Shown: piece by piece, positions 17,421-26,732 of the stretch | Layout of the letters: the number at the start of each line of letters is the position of its first letter | Numbering within the stretch: the first letter of the stretch is position 1 | DNA from: a bacterium | GTDB lineage: Bacteria > Synergistota > GBS-1 | Length of the DNA stretch: 64,000 nucleotides | Reading direction: 5' to 3' | NCBI GenBank assembly: GCA_030153785.1 | Contig: JASKLF010000009.1 | Location: 1-64,000 of the forward strand | Position numbers and translations under genes: made by a program | Notes under the pieces: generated by a model | What the model saw: the letters and a program-made list of their open reading frames with translations, nothing else | Told to the model about the DNA's origin: nothing | Databases searched by the model: none

Positions 17421-17428
17421 CTTTATCA

Positions 17429-17476
17429 CCCCAAGATATAGCATCCAGTATAAGTATATACCACAATATATAGAAA
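17429..17476. promoter_or_regulatory. Two tandem NrdR boxes
   Basis: Cores CAAGATATAG (17432-17441) and CAATATATAG (17464-17473), 32 bp apart, match the NrdR box core CwAtATaTwG, upstream of nrdR-nrdD-nrdG. Confidence 0.8.
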
Positions 17477-17576
17477 AGGAAGGGAAGCTTTGTTAAGAAA
17501 TTGAAAGTTTGATAACGTATTTTTGAGATAAAGGGGTATATATGTGATAAAATTAGGTGAAAAGGAGGGACGTGGA

Positions 17577-18059
17577 GTGGATAGGAACATTTACATAGGA
17601 GTGATAGGAGGAGGATATAATCTTAGCCAAGAAGTGGAAGAATTAGCTGTTAGAACAGGCCAAATGATAGCAAAGGAAGGTTGGGTTATAATTTGCGGTG
17701 GAAAAGGGGGCATAATGGAAGCCGTATCCAAAGGAGCAAGTCAGGAAAATGGTATAGTGATAGGTATATTACCAGGGACATCTCGTAGTGAAGGTAATCC
17801 TTATCTTACTTACTCTCTTCCTACAGCCTTGGGTCATTTTAGGAACTTTCTTATAGCTCAAGCATCTGATATCTTAGTAGCCTTTGAAGGCGAATATGGT
17901 ACTTTAAGTGAGATCGCAATAGGACTAAGATTGGGAAAACCTGTTATAAGTTTGGCAGGTTGGGAACTTGGAAGAAGGGGGTTTAAAGCAGAAGGTATAT
18001 ATGAAGCATCTTCTCCAGAAGATGCCATTAGTTTAATAAAGAAAATACTCAAATTATAG
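17577..18059 (+). CDS. LOG family protein (TIGR00725-like)
   Basis: IGVIGG, CGGKGGIMEAVSKGA, IGILPG, RN, GEYGTLSEI. GTG 17577 follows AGGAGG. Confidence 0.88.
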   Translation: MDRNIYIGVIGGGYNLSQEVEELAVRTGQMIAKEGWVIICGGKGGIMEAVSKGASQENGIVIGILPGTSRSEGNPYLTYSLPTALGHFRNFLIAQASDILVAFEGEYGTLSEIAIGLRLGKPVISLAGWELGRRGFKAEGIYEASSPEDAISLIKKILKL

Positions 18060-18070
18060 AAAGGAGGTAA

Positions 18071-19312
18071 GTGATGAACTTCATCGCTAAAGTAGACCCA
18101 GAGATAGCCTCTCTCATAGCAAATGAAGAGGCAAGACAAAAAGAACATTTGGAACTTATCCCAAGTGAAAATTTTGTGTCTCCAGCAATATTGGAGGCTC
18201 AAGGTTCTGTCTTAACTAACAAGTATGCGGAAGGTTATCCGGGCAAGAAGTATTATGGTGGATGTGAATTCGTAGAAAAAATCGAGGAAATAGCCATCAA
18301 AAGAGCGTGTGACCTTTTCGGAGCCGATCATGCAAACGTCCAACCTCATTGTGGCACACAAGCTAATATGGCTGTTTATTTTTCCTTTCTAAAGCCAGGA
18401 GAGAAAATAATGGCTATGAACTTAGCCCACGGTGGGCATCTTTCCCACGGAAGTCCTGTAAACTTTTCAGGAATTTTTTACAAAGTAATACCCTATGGCG
18501 TTGATAAGGAAACAGAAATGCTAAACTACGAGGAAATTTACAATATAGCTGCAAAAGAGAAACCAAAGCTTATCGTCGCCGGAGCAAGCGCGTATCCTCG
18601 ATTTATAGATTTTCAAAGATTTAAAGAAATAGCCGACGCAGTAGGAGCCTACCTTATGGTAGATATGGCGCACATTGCAGGACTTGTAGCGGGCGGGGTC
18701 CACCCAAGTCCCGTTCCCTATTCTGATTTTGTTACATCTACAACTCACAAAACTTTAAGAGGCCCAAGAGGAGCTTTCATTCTTTGTAGAAGCGAATATG
18801 CTTCTCAAATAGACAAAATGGTTTTCCCTGGAATCCAAGGAGGTCCATTAATGCATGTAATAGCAGCAAAGGCAACCTGCTTTTTATTAGCCTCAACGCC
18901 TGATTTTAAAGAGTACGCTCGTAAAGTCGTGGAGAATGCCAAGGCTCTTGCTAAAGCTCTTTTAGAAAGGGGATTCAGGCTTGTAAGCGGAGGAACAGAT
19001 AACCATCTTATATTGGTTGATCTTAGAAGCTTTAACATCACAGGAAAGGAAGCAGAAAAGCTTTTAGAAAGCGTGGGGATAACGGTAAACAAAAATATGA
19101 TTCCTTATGACCCGAGATCACCATTTATAACGAGCGGAATTCGATTAGGAACTCCCGCATTAACAACTAGAGGCATGGGAGTCAAAGAAATGGAAGAGAT
19201 AGCAGATCTCATATACAAAACCATAAAAAATAAAGACAACCCCAAAGAACTTGAGAAAGTCAAAGATAGGGTTAAAGAACTTTGCAAAGGGTTCCCTCTC
19301 TTCGCTTGGTAA
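18071..19312 (+). CDS. glyA: Serine hydroxymethyltransferase
   Basis: [43 protein letters not shown]. Confidence 0.98.
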   Translation: MMNFIAKVDPEIASLIANEEARQKEHLELIPSENFVSPAILEAQGSVLTNKYAEGYPGKKYYGGCEFVEKIEEIAIKRACDLFGADHANVQPHCGTQANMAVYFSFLKPGEKIMAMNLAHGGHLSHGSPVNFSGIFYKVIPYGVDKETEMLNYEEIYNIAAKEKPKLIVAGASAYPRFIDFQRFKEIADAVGAYLMVDMAHIAGLVAGGVHPSPVPYSDFVTSTTHKTLRGPRGAFILCRSEYASQIDKMVFPGIQGGPLMHVIAAKATCFLLASTPDFKEYARKVVENAKALAKALLERGFRLVSGGTDNHLILVDLRSFNITGKEAEKLLESVGITVNKNMIPYDPRSPFITSGIRLGTPALTTRGMGVKEMEEIADLIYKTIKNKDNPKELEKVKDRVKELCKGFPLFAW

Positions 19313-19512
19313 AAGTGGAAAGTGACAGTTATAATAAAATAGAGTCTTTATTCAAAAGACTCCATCTTTTCGGAGTTTTCCCGCTCCGATCTTCAGAAAT
19401 CGAAGAGGTTTCTCCCGGCATATGGAGGGTTGAGCTCCTCATAGCTTGCTTCTTAAAGGAGGAGGAGCTCAACCTTCTGATATCAATGATCTTAAGAAAA
19501 GGAGGTGAATAA
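19306..19512 (+). CDS. Small hypothetical protein, possible stand-alone ACT-like domain
   Basis: Fills the gap between glyA and the next gene; TTG overlaps the glyA stop; alternating beta/alpha pattern. Confidence 0.45.
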   Translation: MVKVESDSYNKIESLFKRLHLFGVFPLRSSEIEEVSPGIWRVELLIACFLKEEELNLLISMILRKGGE

Positions 19513-19513
19513 C

Positions 19514-20029
19514 ATGAAGAAAGCTTTATTAGTGATCGACATGCTTAACGATTTTATAAATCCCAAAGGGAACCTCTATATAGGTGAATCCGGAGAAAAG
19601 ATAATTCCATTCATCAAGGAAAGAATTACAGAGTTCAGAAAAAATGATAAGGTTATCTACTTATGCGATGCTCATGCCGACGATGATAAGGAATTTAAAG
19701 ACTGGCCTCCCCACGCAATTAAAGGAAGCTGGGGAGCGCAAGTTGTAGACGAAATTGCTCCACAACCTGAAGATACAGTGGTAGAAAAGAAGACATATGA
19801 TGGTTTTATAAAAACGGAGCTTGAGTCGATCTTAGAAAAAGAAAATGTGAGTGAAATATATGTAGTTGGAGTTTTAACCAACATATGTGTCCTTTATACA
19901 AGCGCCCATGCCAAAATGTTAGGCTATCCTGTTACAGTATACAGAAAAGGTTGTGCAAGCATAACTCCTGAGAAACACGAGTGGGCTCTCAAAGAAATGA
20001 GTGAAAGCCTAAAAATAGAAGTTTTATAA
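19514..20029 (+). CDS. Isochorismatase-family cysteine hydrolase (nicotinamidase-like)
   Basis: ALLVIDMLNDF, DAH, WPPHAI, EKKTYDGF, GVLTNICV. Confidence 0.9.
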   Translation: MKKALLVIDMLNDFINPKGNLYIGESGEKIIPFIKERITEFRKNDKVIYLCDAHADDDKEFKDWPPHAIKGSWGAQVVDEIAPQPEDTVVEKKTYDGFIKTELESILEKENVSEIYVVGVLTNICVLYTSAHAKMLGYPVTVYRKGCASITPEKHEWALKEMSESLKIEVL

Positions 20030-21211
20030 CCTCTCTATCACCATAGCCACTCCTTGCCCACCACCCACACAAAGAGTTACAAGTCCAAACTGCTTATCAT
20101 AGGTTCTGAGAGCATAAATAAGAGTAGTTAATATCTTTGCCCCCGTCGCTCCTATTGGGTGTCCCAATGCAATTGCTCCTCCATGAACATTTACTTTTTC
20201 ATGATTCAAGCCTAATTCCCTCTCTACGGCGATAACTTGTACTGCAAATGCTTCATTTAATTCTATAAGGTCTATATCGCTTAGAGACAAATTAGCCAAA
20301 GATAGCGCCTTAGGTACAGCTTTAACCGGTCCTAATCCCATATGATCAGGAGCAACTCCCACGCTTGCATAGGAAAGAATTCTCGCTAAAGGTTTTAATC
20401 CCTCTGCCTTTGCCCACTCCTCATCCGCAATAACCAAGGCTGCTGCTCCATCGCACAAAGCTGAACTTGTACCGGCTGTTACAGTTCCATTTTCCTTAAA
20501 TACGGGGGGAAGCTTTGAAAGCTTTTCAATGGATGTATCTCGCCGGGGAATCTCCTCTTCTTTAAAGAGTTTGGTCCCCTCTCGAGTTTTTATCTCTACA
20601 GGAACTATCTCCTCATCAAATTTTCCAGAATCAATTGCTAATATAGCTCTTCTATGAGACTCTAGAGCATACTCATCTTGCTCTCTTCTCGAAATACGAT
20701 ATTCCTCGGCAAGGATTTCCGCTGTAGCCCCCATCAGCATTTGGGCCATGGGACAGAAAAAGCCGTCTTTATGAAGAGCATCATAAACTTGCTGATGGCC
20801 CATTTTGTATCCCCATCTTGCTCCTTGAAGAATATATGGAACCTGGCTTGTTGATTCCGTGCCCCCTGCAACGACAACTTTTTCTCTTCCCAGAATCACA
20901 GAATCTGCTCCAAGCATAACCGCCTTTAACCCTGAACCACACCTCTTGTTAACAGTAAAAGCTGATACGCTTTCTGGCAAGCCTGCAAAGATAGTGCTCA
21001 TCCTTGCCACGTTAGGTCCAACACCTGCCTGCCACCCATTACCCATTATAACTTCTCCAATAACTTCAGAGGGAATACCTGCCCTTTTTACAGCTTCTCT
21101 AATCACAATAGATCCCAGTTCAGCAGCTGTAAAAGATGATAGAGAGCCCCCAAACTTTCCTCCAGCAGTTCTCACGGCCGATAAAATAACAGCTTTACCC
21201 ATGTCCATCAA
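20024..21211 (-). CDS. Acetyl-CoA C-acyltransferase (thiolase)
   Basis: TVNKRCGSG, ELNEAFA, GGAIALGHPIGATG, LCVGGGQG. Confidence 0.95.
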   Translation of the reverse strand: MMDMGKAVILSAVRTAGGKFGGSLSSFTAAELGSIVIREAVKRAGIPSEVIGEVIMGNGWQAGVGPNVARMSTIFAGLPESVSAFTVNKRCGSGLKAVMLGADSVILGREKVVVAGGTESTSQVPYILQGARWGYKMGHQQVYDALHKDGFFCPMAQMLMGATAEILAEEYRISRREQDEYALESHRRAILAIDSGKFDEEIVPVEIKTREGTKLFKEEEIPRRDTSIEKLSKLPPVFKENGTVTAGTSSALCDGAAALVIADEEWAKAEGLKPLARILSYASVGVAPDHMGLGPVKAVPKALSLANLSLSDIDLIELNEAFAVQVIAVERELGLNHEKVNVHGGAIALGHPIGATGAKILTTLIYALRTYDKQFGLVTLCVGGGQGVAMVIERL

Positions 21212-21879
21212 ACCTCCATTATTTTTAGCGGTTCCTCAATTTTAAAATCGGGTTCGGTTACCCTTTTTAAAGAGCTTACGTCGACCTCTGGGGCTATCTC
21301 CTTTAAAAGAAGACCTTCCGGGGTAACTTCAAATACCGCTAATTCCGTAAAAATCTTATTAACCACCCTCTTTCCCGTAAGAGGTAGAGAACATCTTTTT
21401 ACAATCTTAGGTCTTCCTTTTACAGTATGAAGAGTTGCAACAAATACCTTTCTCGCTCCGGTTACCAAGTCCATAGCTCCTCCCATACCAGGGATAAGCT
21501 TACCAGGAATCATCCAGTTTGCTAAATTTCCCTCTTCATCAACTTCTAAAGCTCCTAAAACTGTTACATCTATATGTCCTCCTCGTATTAAACCAAAAGA
21601 TATGTCACTGCTAAAAAAAGACCCACCCGGCAAAACTGTAATCTTTACGCCCCCGGCTCCTATTATGTCTGGAGTTCCCTCATCTTCCCTTGCCTTTGGT
21701 CCTGCACCAAGCATTCCATTTTCCGTATGAAAAATAACACGAACTCCCTCTGGAATATAGTCAGATACTAAAGAGGGAATACCTATGCCAAGATTAACCA
21801 CATCCCCATCTTTAAACTCCCTTGCAATTCTCTTTGCTATTCTTACTTTAGCCTCAACTTCAGAAATCCCTATTAACAT
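21208..21879 (-). CDS. 3-oxoacid CoA-transferase subunit B (AtoA/YodR-like)
   Basis: VNLGIGIP, HTENG catalytic Glu, GMGGAMDLV. Confidence 0.93.
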   Translation of the reverse strand: MLIGISEVEAKVRIAKRIAREFKDGDVVNLGIGIPSLVSDYIPEGVRVIFHTENGMLGAGPKAREDEGTPDIIGAGGVKITVLPGGSFFSSDISFGLIRGGHIDVTVLGALEVDEEGNLANWMIPGKLIPGMGGAMDLVTGARKVFVATLHTVKGRPKIVKRCSLPLTGKRVVNKIFTELAVFEVTPEGLLLKEIAPEVDVSSLKRVTEPDFKIEEPLKIMEV

Positions 21880-21886
21880 TTGCTAA

Positions 21887-22552
21887 TCACCTCCTCGATA
21901 AGACTATCCTATCTACAAGTATTCCCGGTGTATGTACATCGTTCGGGTCTATTTCGCCGACTTCCACAAGTTCCTCTACCTCCGCTATAACCACATCAGC
22001 CGCGAAAGCCATAAGAGGGTTGAAGTTTCTTGCATTACCCCAGTAATAGAGATTCCCCATTCTATCTGCCTTTTTAGCCTTTATCAAGGCAAAGTCTGCA
22101 CGTAACGGCAACTCAAGGATGTATCTTTTGCCGTTTATCTCTAAAACCTGTTTTCCCTCTTCAGCCAAGGTTCCCAGCCCTGTTGGAGTTAATACTCCTC
22201 CTAGACCAAAACCACCAGCTCTTATTCTCTCGGCAAGTGTTCCTTGCGGGACAAACTCCACATCCAACTTTCCCTCGTTATACAGCTTCTGAGTAACCTT
22301 GTTGAGTCCTATATGAGAAGCGATTACCTTTTTGACTTGACCATTAGCTATTAACTTCCCGTGTCCTACATCTTCGTAAGCCGTGTCATTACATATCAAG
22401 GTAAGATCCTTAACTCCATGCTGTAGAAGAGCTTCTATCAAAGTGTAAGGAACTCCACCAATATTAAAGCCCCCTACCATTATTGTGGCACCATCAGGTA
22501 TATCCTTAACGGCTTCTTCTGGACTCATCACCGGCTTGAAAAAGGACCCCAT
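21887..22552 (-). CDS. 3-oxoacid CoA-transferase subunit A (AtoD/YodS-like)
   Basis: DGATIMVGGF, PQGTLAERIRAGG, ARNFNPLMA, VHTPG. Confidence 0.93.
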   Translation of the reverse strand: MGSFFKPVMSPEEAVKDIPDGATIMVGGFNIGGVPYTLIEALLQHGVKDLTLICNDTAYEDVGHGKLIANGQVKKVIASHIGLNKVTQKLYNEGKLDVEFVPQGTLAERIRAGGFGLGGVLTPTGLGTLAEEGKQVLEINGKRYILELPLRADFALIKAKKADRMGNLYYWGNARNFNPLMAFAADVVIAEVEELVEVGEIDPNDVHTPGILVDRIVLSRR

Positions 22553-22566
22553 CTTTAAACACCCCC

Positions 22567-23907
22567 TTAATTCAGCAATACTTTTGAAACTTCCATTAAA
22601 GTTTCCTTAAGGATAGAGACTATCTCCTTGGCCTCCTCTGATTGTAAAATGAAGGGTGGGGCTACCATAAAATGATCACCGTTTATACCATCTGCAGCAC
22701 CACTACCAGGGTAAACCAAGAGTCCTTTCTCAAGAAGAGCATTAAAAACCACCGAGGAAACGTTCTTCTCCCTTGGGAAAGGAAGTTTGGTTTCTTTGTC
22801 TTTAACAAGCTCTATCCCCCACATCAAACCTATCCCTCTGACTTCGCCAACTATAGGAACTTCGCAAAGCTCCTTTTTCAGAAGTTCCCCCAGGATAAGC
22901 CCTACCTTTTTAACGTTTTCGATTAGATTATGCTTAATAATATACTTAATTACCGCAACCCCCGTAGCACAGGATAAAGGATTACCTCCATAGGTATGTC
23001 CATGTATGAATCTTCCACTTCCTTTTTTTATCGTGTCAACTATTTTTTCGCTCACTATTACTCCTGCCAGAGGGCTATACCCAGCTGCCATACCCTTGCC
23101 CAAAACTATCATGTCTGGGGTAACGTTCCAATGGTTAACGGCAAAATTCTCTCCCGTCCTTCCGAACCCAGTCATTACCTCATCAGCAATCAAAAGAACA
23201 TCGTATTTATTGCAAATCTCCCTCACTATTGGCCAATACTCTGGTGGAGGAACCAAAGCTCCCACCGTTGCTCCGACTACAGGTTCTGCAATAAAAGCTG
23301 CGACATATTGAGGCCCTTCTCTCTTTATCACTTCCTCCAATTCAAAAGCGCATCTTACATTACATCTAGGATATTCAAGGTTATAAGGACAACGATAACA
23401 ATAGTGGGTAGATATATGAGGAAACTCCATAAGCATCGGAATGTATGGTTTTCTCCTAGGAATATGCCCACCTATAGCTAATGCTCCAAGAGTGTTACCA
23501 TGAAAGGAATTCCATCTTCCTATTATTTTGTACTTAGAAGTATTATTTCTGTCTCTTTCTAAGAAGTACTGCCTAGCGAGTTTAACTGCTGACTCCACCG
23601 CTTCAGAACCGCCTGAAACAAACCACGTATAGTTTAAGTCTCCTGGTGCAAGCTCCTTAATCAAGGAGGCCAACTCTATGGCAGGCTCACTAACTAACAT
23701 TGATAGATGAGCAAAGGCTATTTTTCGAACTTGCTTACATATGGCATCAGCTACCTCTTCTATTCCATGTCCCAGGTTAGACACTAACGCTCCGCAGCAG
23801 CCATCTATATACCTTTTTCCATCTTTGTCATATACATATATCCCTTCTCCCCTTTCCACTATAGGATAACTTTGCTTGAAATTCCTATAAAAAACATAAT
23901 CCCTCAT
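22567..23907 (-). CDS. Class III PLP aminotransferase (YodT-like, beta/omega-amino acid transaminase)
   Basis: GKRYIDG, SGGSEAVESA, SFHGNT, IADEVMTGFGRTG, GKG (PLP Lys), HGHTY. Confidence 0.92.
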   Translation of the reverse strand: MRDYVFYRNFKQSYPIVERGEGIYVYDKDGKRYIDGCCGALVSNLGHGIEEVADAICKQVRKIAFAHLSMLVSEPAIELASLIKELAPGDLNYTWFVSGGSEAVESAVKLARQYFLERDRNNTSKYKIIGRWNSFHGNTLGALAIGGHIPRRKPYIPMLMEFPHISTHYCYRCPYNLEYPRCNVRCAFELEEVIKREGPQYVAAFIAEPVVGATVGALVPPPEYWPIVREICNKYDVLLIADEVMTGFGRTGENFAVNHWNVTPDMIVLGKGMAAGYSPLAGVIVSEKIVDTIKKGSGRFIHGHTYGGNPLSCATGVAVIKYIIKHNLIENVKKVGLILGELLKKELCEVPIVGEVRGIGLMWGIELVKDKETKLPFPREKNVSSVVFNALLEKGLLVYPGSGAADGINGDHFMVAPPFILQSEEAKEIVSILKETLMEVSKVLLN

Positions 23908-24779
23908 TAAAGCTCTTCCCCCTTTCTTGTCTCATCTTGCCAATATATCCTTTCCCTCTTCCAAATCTTTTCAAGCTCTTCAAGTCTATTCTCAGTCTCG
24001 TTAGCCTTTTTTAAACTCAGGGCAACCACTATAGCATTAACTACACTTATTGAAGGAGTTAAAGAATCAATAAACGAAATAAAATCAGTAGGAATTGTTA
24101 AAACATAAGAGGCCTCAGATGCAATAGGAGAAAGATAATCATCAGTGATAGATACTACGGTCAAATTCCTTTGTTTAGCGAAAGAAACTAAATCCTTAGT
24201 CTCTATCGAGTATCTTGGGAAGCTGATAGCTATCACTACATCCCCTTCCTTAGAAGAAGATAGAATTTCATAAGAAAGCTCTTTCCCTTTTATAAGAAAA
24301 GCTCGGTACCCTAACAAATTAAGGTAAAAGTTCAGGTAGTATCCCACCGCATAGGCACTCCTATGAGATATGATAAAAATGTTGTTAGCCATTTCTATAG
24401 TACTGACAATTGCTTCAAAGTCGGAGATAGAAACTGTATCAATTAAAAGGTCAAGAGTACGCTTGTCTTTTTTAATACACGCGTGAAGTATGTGTTCTTT
24501 TTCCTTCTTTTCAATATAAGAGCTCAATCTCTTACGAGTATCAAGCTTCTCCATTAAAACATTTCGTAGGGCTTCCTTCAGGTCAGGAAATCCTCTATAT
24601 CCTAAAACTTGGGAAAAGCGAATAACCGTAGATTCACTTACTTTCGCCTCTCTTGCCAAGGTCGAAGCAGACATAAAGACAACTTCTTCCAAATGTTTTA
24701 ATAAAAAATCAGCCAACCTTCGTTGAGCAGGTGTAAGTTTTTGTAAATTTTCGGTTATATTTTTTACTATACTACTCAT
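23907..24779 (-). CDS. MurR/RpiR family transcriptional regulator
   Basis: N-terminal HTH (LAREAKVSESTVIRF..LGY.GF) and SIS domain (ISFPRYS, ITD..SP). Confidence 0.92.
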   Translation of the reverse strand: MSSIVKNITENLQKLTPAQRRLADFLLKHLEEVVFMSASTLAREAKVSESTVIRFSQVLGYRGFPDLKEALRNVLMEKLDTRKRLSSYIEKKEKEHILHACIKKDKRTLDLLIDTVSISDFEAIVSTIEMANNIFIISHRSAYAVGYYLNFYLNLLGYRAFLIKGKELSYEILSSSKEGDVVIAISFPRYSIETKDLVSFAKQRNLTVVSITDDYLSPIASEASYVLTIPTDFISFIDSLTPSISVVNAIVVALSLKKANETENRLEELEKIWKRERIYWQDETRKGEEL

Positions 24780-24811
24780 TTGCAGGTAAAGCTCCTTCCA
24801 AAATAAGTTAT

Positions 24812-24861
24812 TGAAGGAAATATTTCATCTTGAGGATAACACTCCTTTAGTAAATTGTCAA
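24812..24861 (-). promoter_or_regulatory. sigma70 promoter of the rpiR operon with candidate operator
   Basis: Minus strand TTGACA (24861-24856)-17 nt-TATCCT (24838-24833) with TG extension; dyad TGAA-N8-TTCA at 24812-24827 around the predicted start site. Confidence 0.55.
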
Positions 24862-24940
24862 GGGGCTTTTAAAAAGTTTTTAAAGGGTGTATAATTTTTA
24901 GCACACCATGATTAGACCTTTAAACGGGGAGTGGTGAACT

Positions 24941-25615
24941 TTGTTAGAAAAAATTTACTCAAGACAGTTACTCTTATGGGGGGAAGAGGGACAAAGTAAA
25001 TTGAGAAAGAGCGTTGTAACTGTGGTAGGATGTGGAGGGTTAGGAGGATTCGTGATAGAAAGTCTTACCAGATTGGGAGTTGGAAAGATAATAGCTATAG
25101 ACCCTGAAGTTTTCGAGGAAAGTAACCTTAATAGACAGATATTATCCAAGCTTACCAACCTGGGACGATCGAAAGCAGAGGAAGCTTTAAAAAGGGTTAA
25201 AGAAATAAACCCGGAAGTTCGGTTAATCCCCATCAAGGAGAGACTTTCTGAGGAGAATGCCGAAAGACTGCTTTCGGGTTCCGATGTTATAATAGACGCC
25301 TTAGACAATATCCCTTCGAGGAGAATCCTTATAAAGAGCGCATCGAAGCTTGGAATCCCACTAATTCATGGCGCCGTGCATGGTTGGTGGGGAAGGATTT
25401 GTGTGGTTAGAAACGAGGCAGTATTAAACAAATTATATCCCGAGGGAGCTAAAACACCTGAAGCGATTCCAGCTATCGCTCCTGTTGTCTCCATAGTTGC
25501 AGGTTATGAAGTATGTGAAGCGATAAAAATCATTCTTGGGGTTGGCAAACCCTTAATTAATAAACTAATGATGATAGATACTATCGAAGGAGAGGTTTAC
25601 ATAGTAGACCTATGA
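24941..25615 (+). CDS. ThiF/MoeB/HesA family adenylyltransferase
   Basis: YSRQ, VGCGGLG, SNLNRQ, DALDN. Confidence 0.9.
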   Translation: MLEKIYSRQLLLWGEEGQSKLRKSVVTVVGCGGLGGFVIESLTRLGVGKIIAIDPEVFEESNLNRQILSKLTNLGRSKAEEALKRVKEINPEVRLIPIKERLSEENAERLLSGSDVIIDALDNIPSRRILIKSASKLGIPLIHGAVHGWWGRICVVRNEAVLNKLYPEGAKTPEAIPAIAPVVSIVAGYEVCEAIKIILGVGKPLINKLMMIDTIEGEVYIVDL

Positions 25616-26628
25616 AACTGGGAAAGGTAATCATAGGAATTAGCGGAGGAGCAGACAGCGGAGTTAGCGCCTTCCTCCTAAAAGAAAAGGGATATGAAGT
25701 AGTGGGAGTAAATTTTATATTGAGTGAGAATCACTCCTCTCAAAAAGCAAGACAGATAGCCAGAATACTAAACATAGAGTTTATGGAGGTTGACATTTCT
25801 CAAGAATTTAAGCAAAAGGTAATTGATTATTTTTTAGGGGAATACCTTAAAGGAAGAACCCCCAATCCATGTGCTATCTGCAATCGTAAGATAAAATTTT
25901 CTAAGCTCTGGGAAATAGCCGAAACTATGGGAGCAGATTATATAGCGACAGGACATTATGCAAGAGTTAATAGAAATCCGTTCGGGCTATTTAAGGGTAT
26001 AGATAGTAAAAAGGATCAATCTTATTTTCTTTCACTTGTGGAAAGAAGGTTCCTTGAGAAAGCTATTTTCCCTTTAGGGGAAAAAACGAGAGAGTGGGTT
26101 TTAAACATGGCTGATAAATTAGGAATAAAGCACATTGTTAGTTCTAAGGGGAGCCAAGATGTGTGTTTCATAGATGGAAGCTTTAGAGATTTTATAAAAG
26201 ATAGGCTCAGAAATGAACTAAAAAGAGGACTTATCAAAAACAAGTCAGGAAAAATTTTAGGTGAACATGAAGGTATAGCTCTTTACACAATAGGTCAGAG
26301 AAGAAGACTCAATATTTCTACAGGAACAAGACAATACATAATTTCCCTAGATCCTATTAGAAATGAGATTATCCTTGGAGATTATGAAGATCTTATTAAG
26401 ACGGAATTTATTGTAAAAAAGGTAAATTGGCTTTGTGAACGGAAAGAAGTGGAGGGAAAAGTTAAGATAAGATACCATACTCCACCCTTTAAAGCCTTTG
26501 CAATACCAATCTCTGATGACGAAGTTAAAGTGCTCCTAAAAGAACCAGCTACAGCTGTAACCCCGGGTCAGATAGCTACCTTTTACTTAGAAGACCAGGT
26601 TATATGGGGAGGAATAATAGAAAACTAA
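25612..26628 (+). CDS. mnmA: tRNA 2-thiouridine(34) synthase
   Basis: SGGADS, TPNPCAICN, ATGHYA, KDQSYFL, SQDVCF, YTIGQRR, TPGQ. Confidence 0.95.
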   Translation: MKLGKVIIGISGGADSGVSAFLLKEKGYEVVGVNFILSENHSSQKARQIARILNIEFMEVDISQEFKQKVIDYFLGEYLKGRTPNPCAICNRKIKFSKLWEIAETMGADYIATGHYARVNRNPFGLFKGIDSKKDQSYFLSLVERRFLEKAIFPLGEKTREWVLNMADKLGIKHIVSSKGSQDVCFIDGSFRDFIKDRLRNELKRGLIKNKSGKILGEHEGIALYTIGQRRRLNISTGTRQYIISLDPIRNEIILGDYEDLIKTEFIVKKVNWLCERKEVEGKVKIRYHTPPFKAFAIPISDDEVKVLLKEPATAVTPGQIATFYLEDQVIWGGIIEN

Positions 26629-26636
26629 CAGGAATT

Positions 26637-26676
26637 TTTAAAGGGGAAGACATTTACAAGCGTCTTCCCCTTTAAA
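26637..26676. terminator. Bidirectional intrinsic terminator between convergent mnmA and fhs
   Basis: Perfect 15-bp inverted repeat tttaaaggggaagac / gtcttcccctttaaa with a 10-nt loop. Confidence 0.75.
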
Positions 26677-26732
26677 GAAGCTTTTGGAGCTTGACTTCAC
26701 TTAGCAAATTTACGATAGGACCTGACAATATC

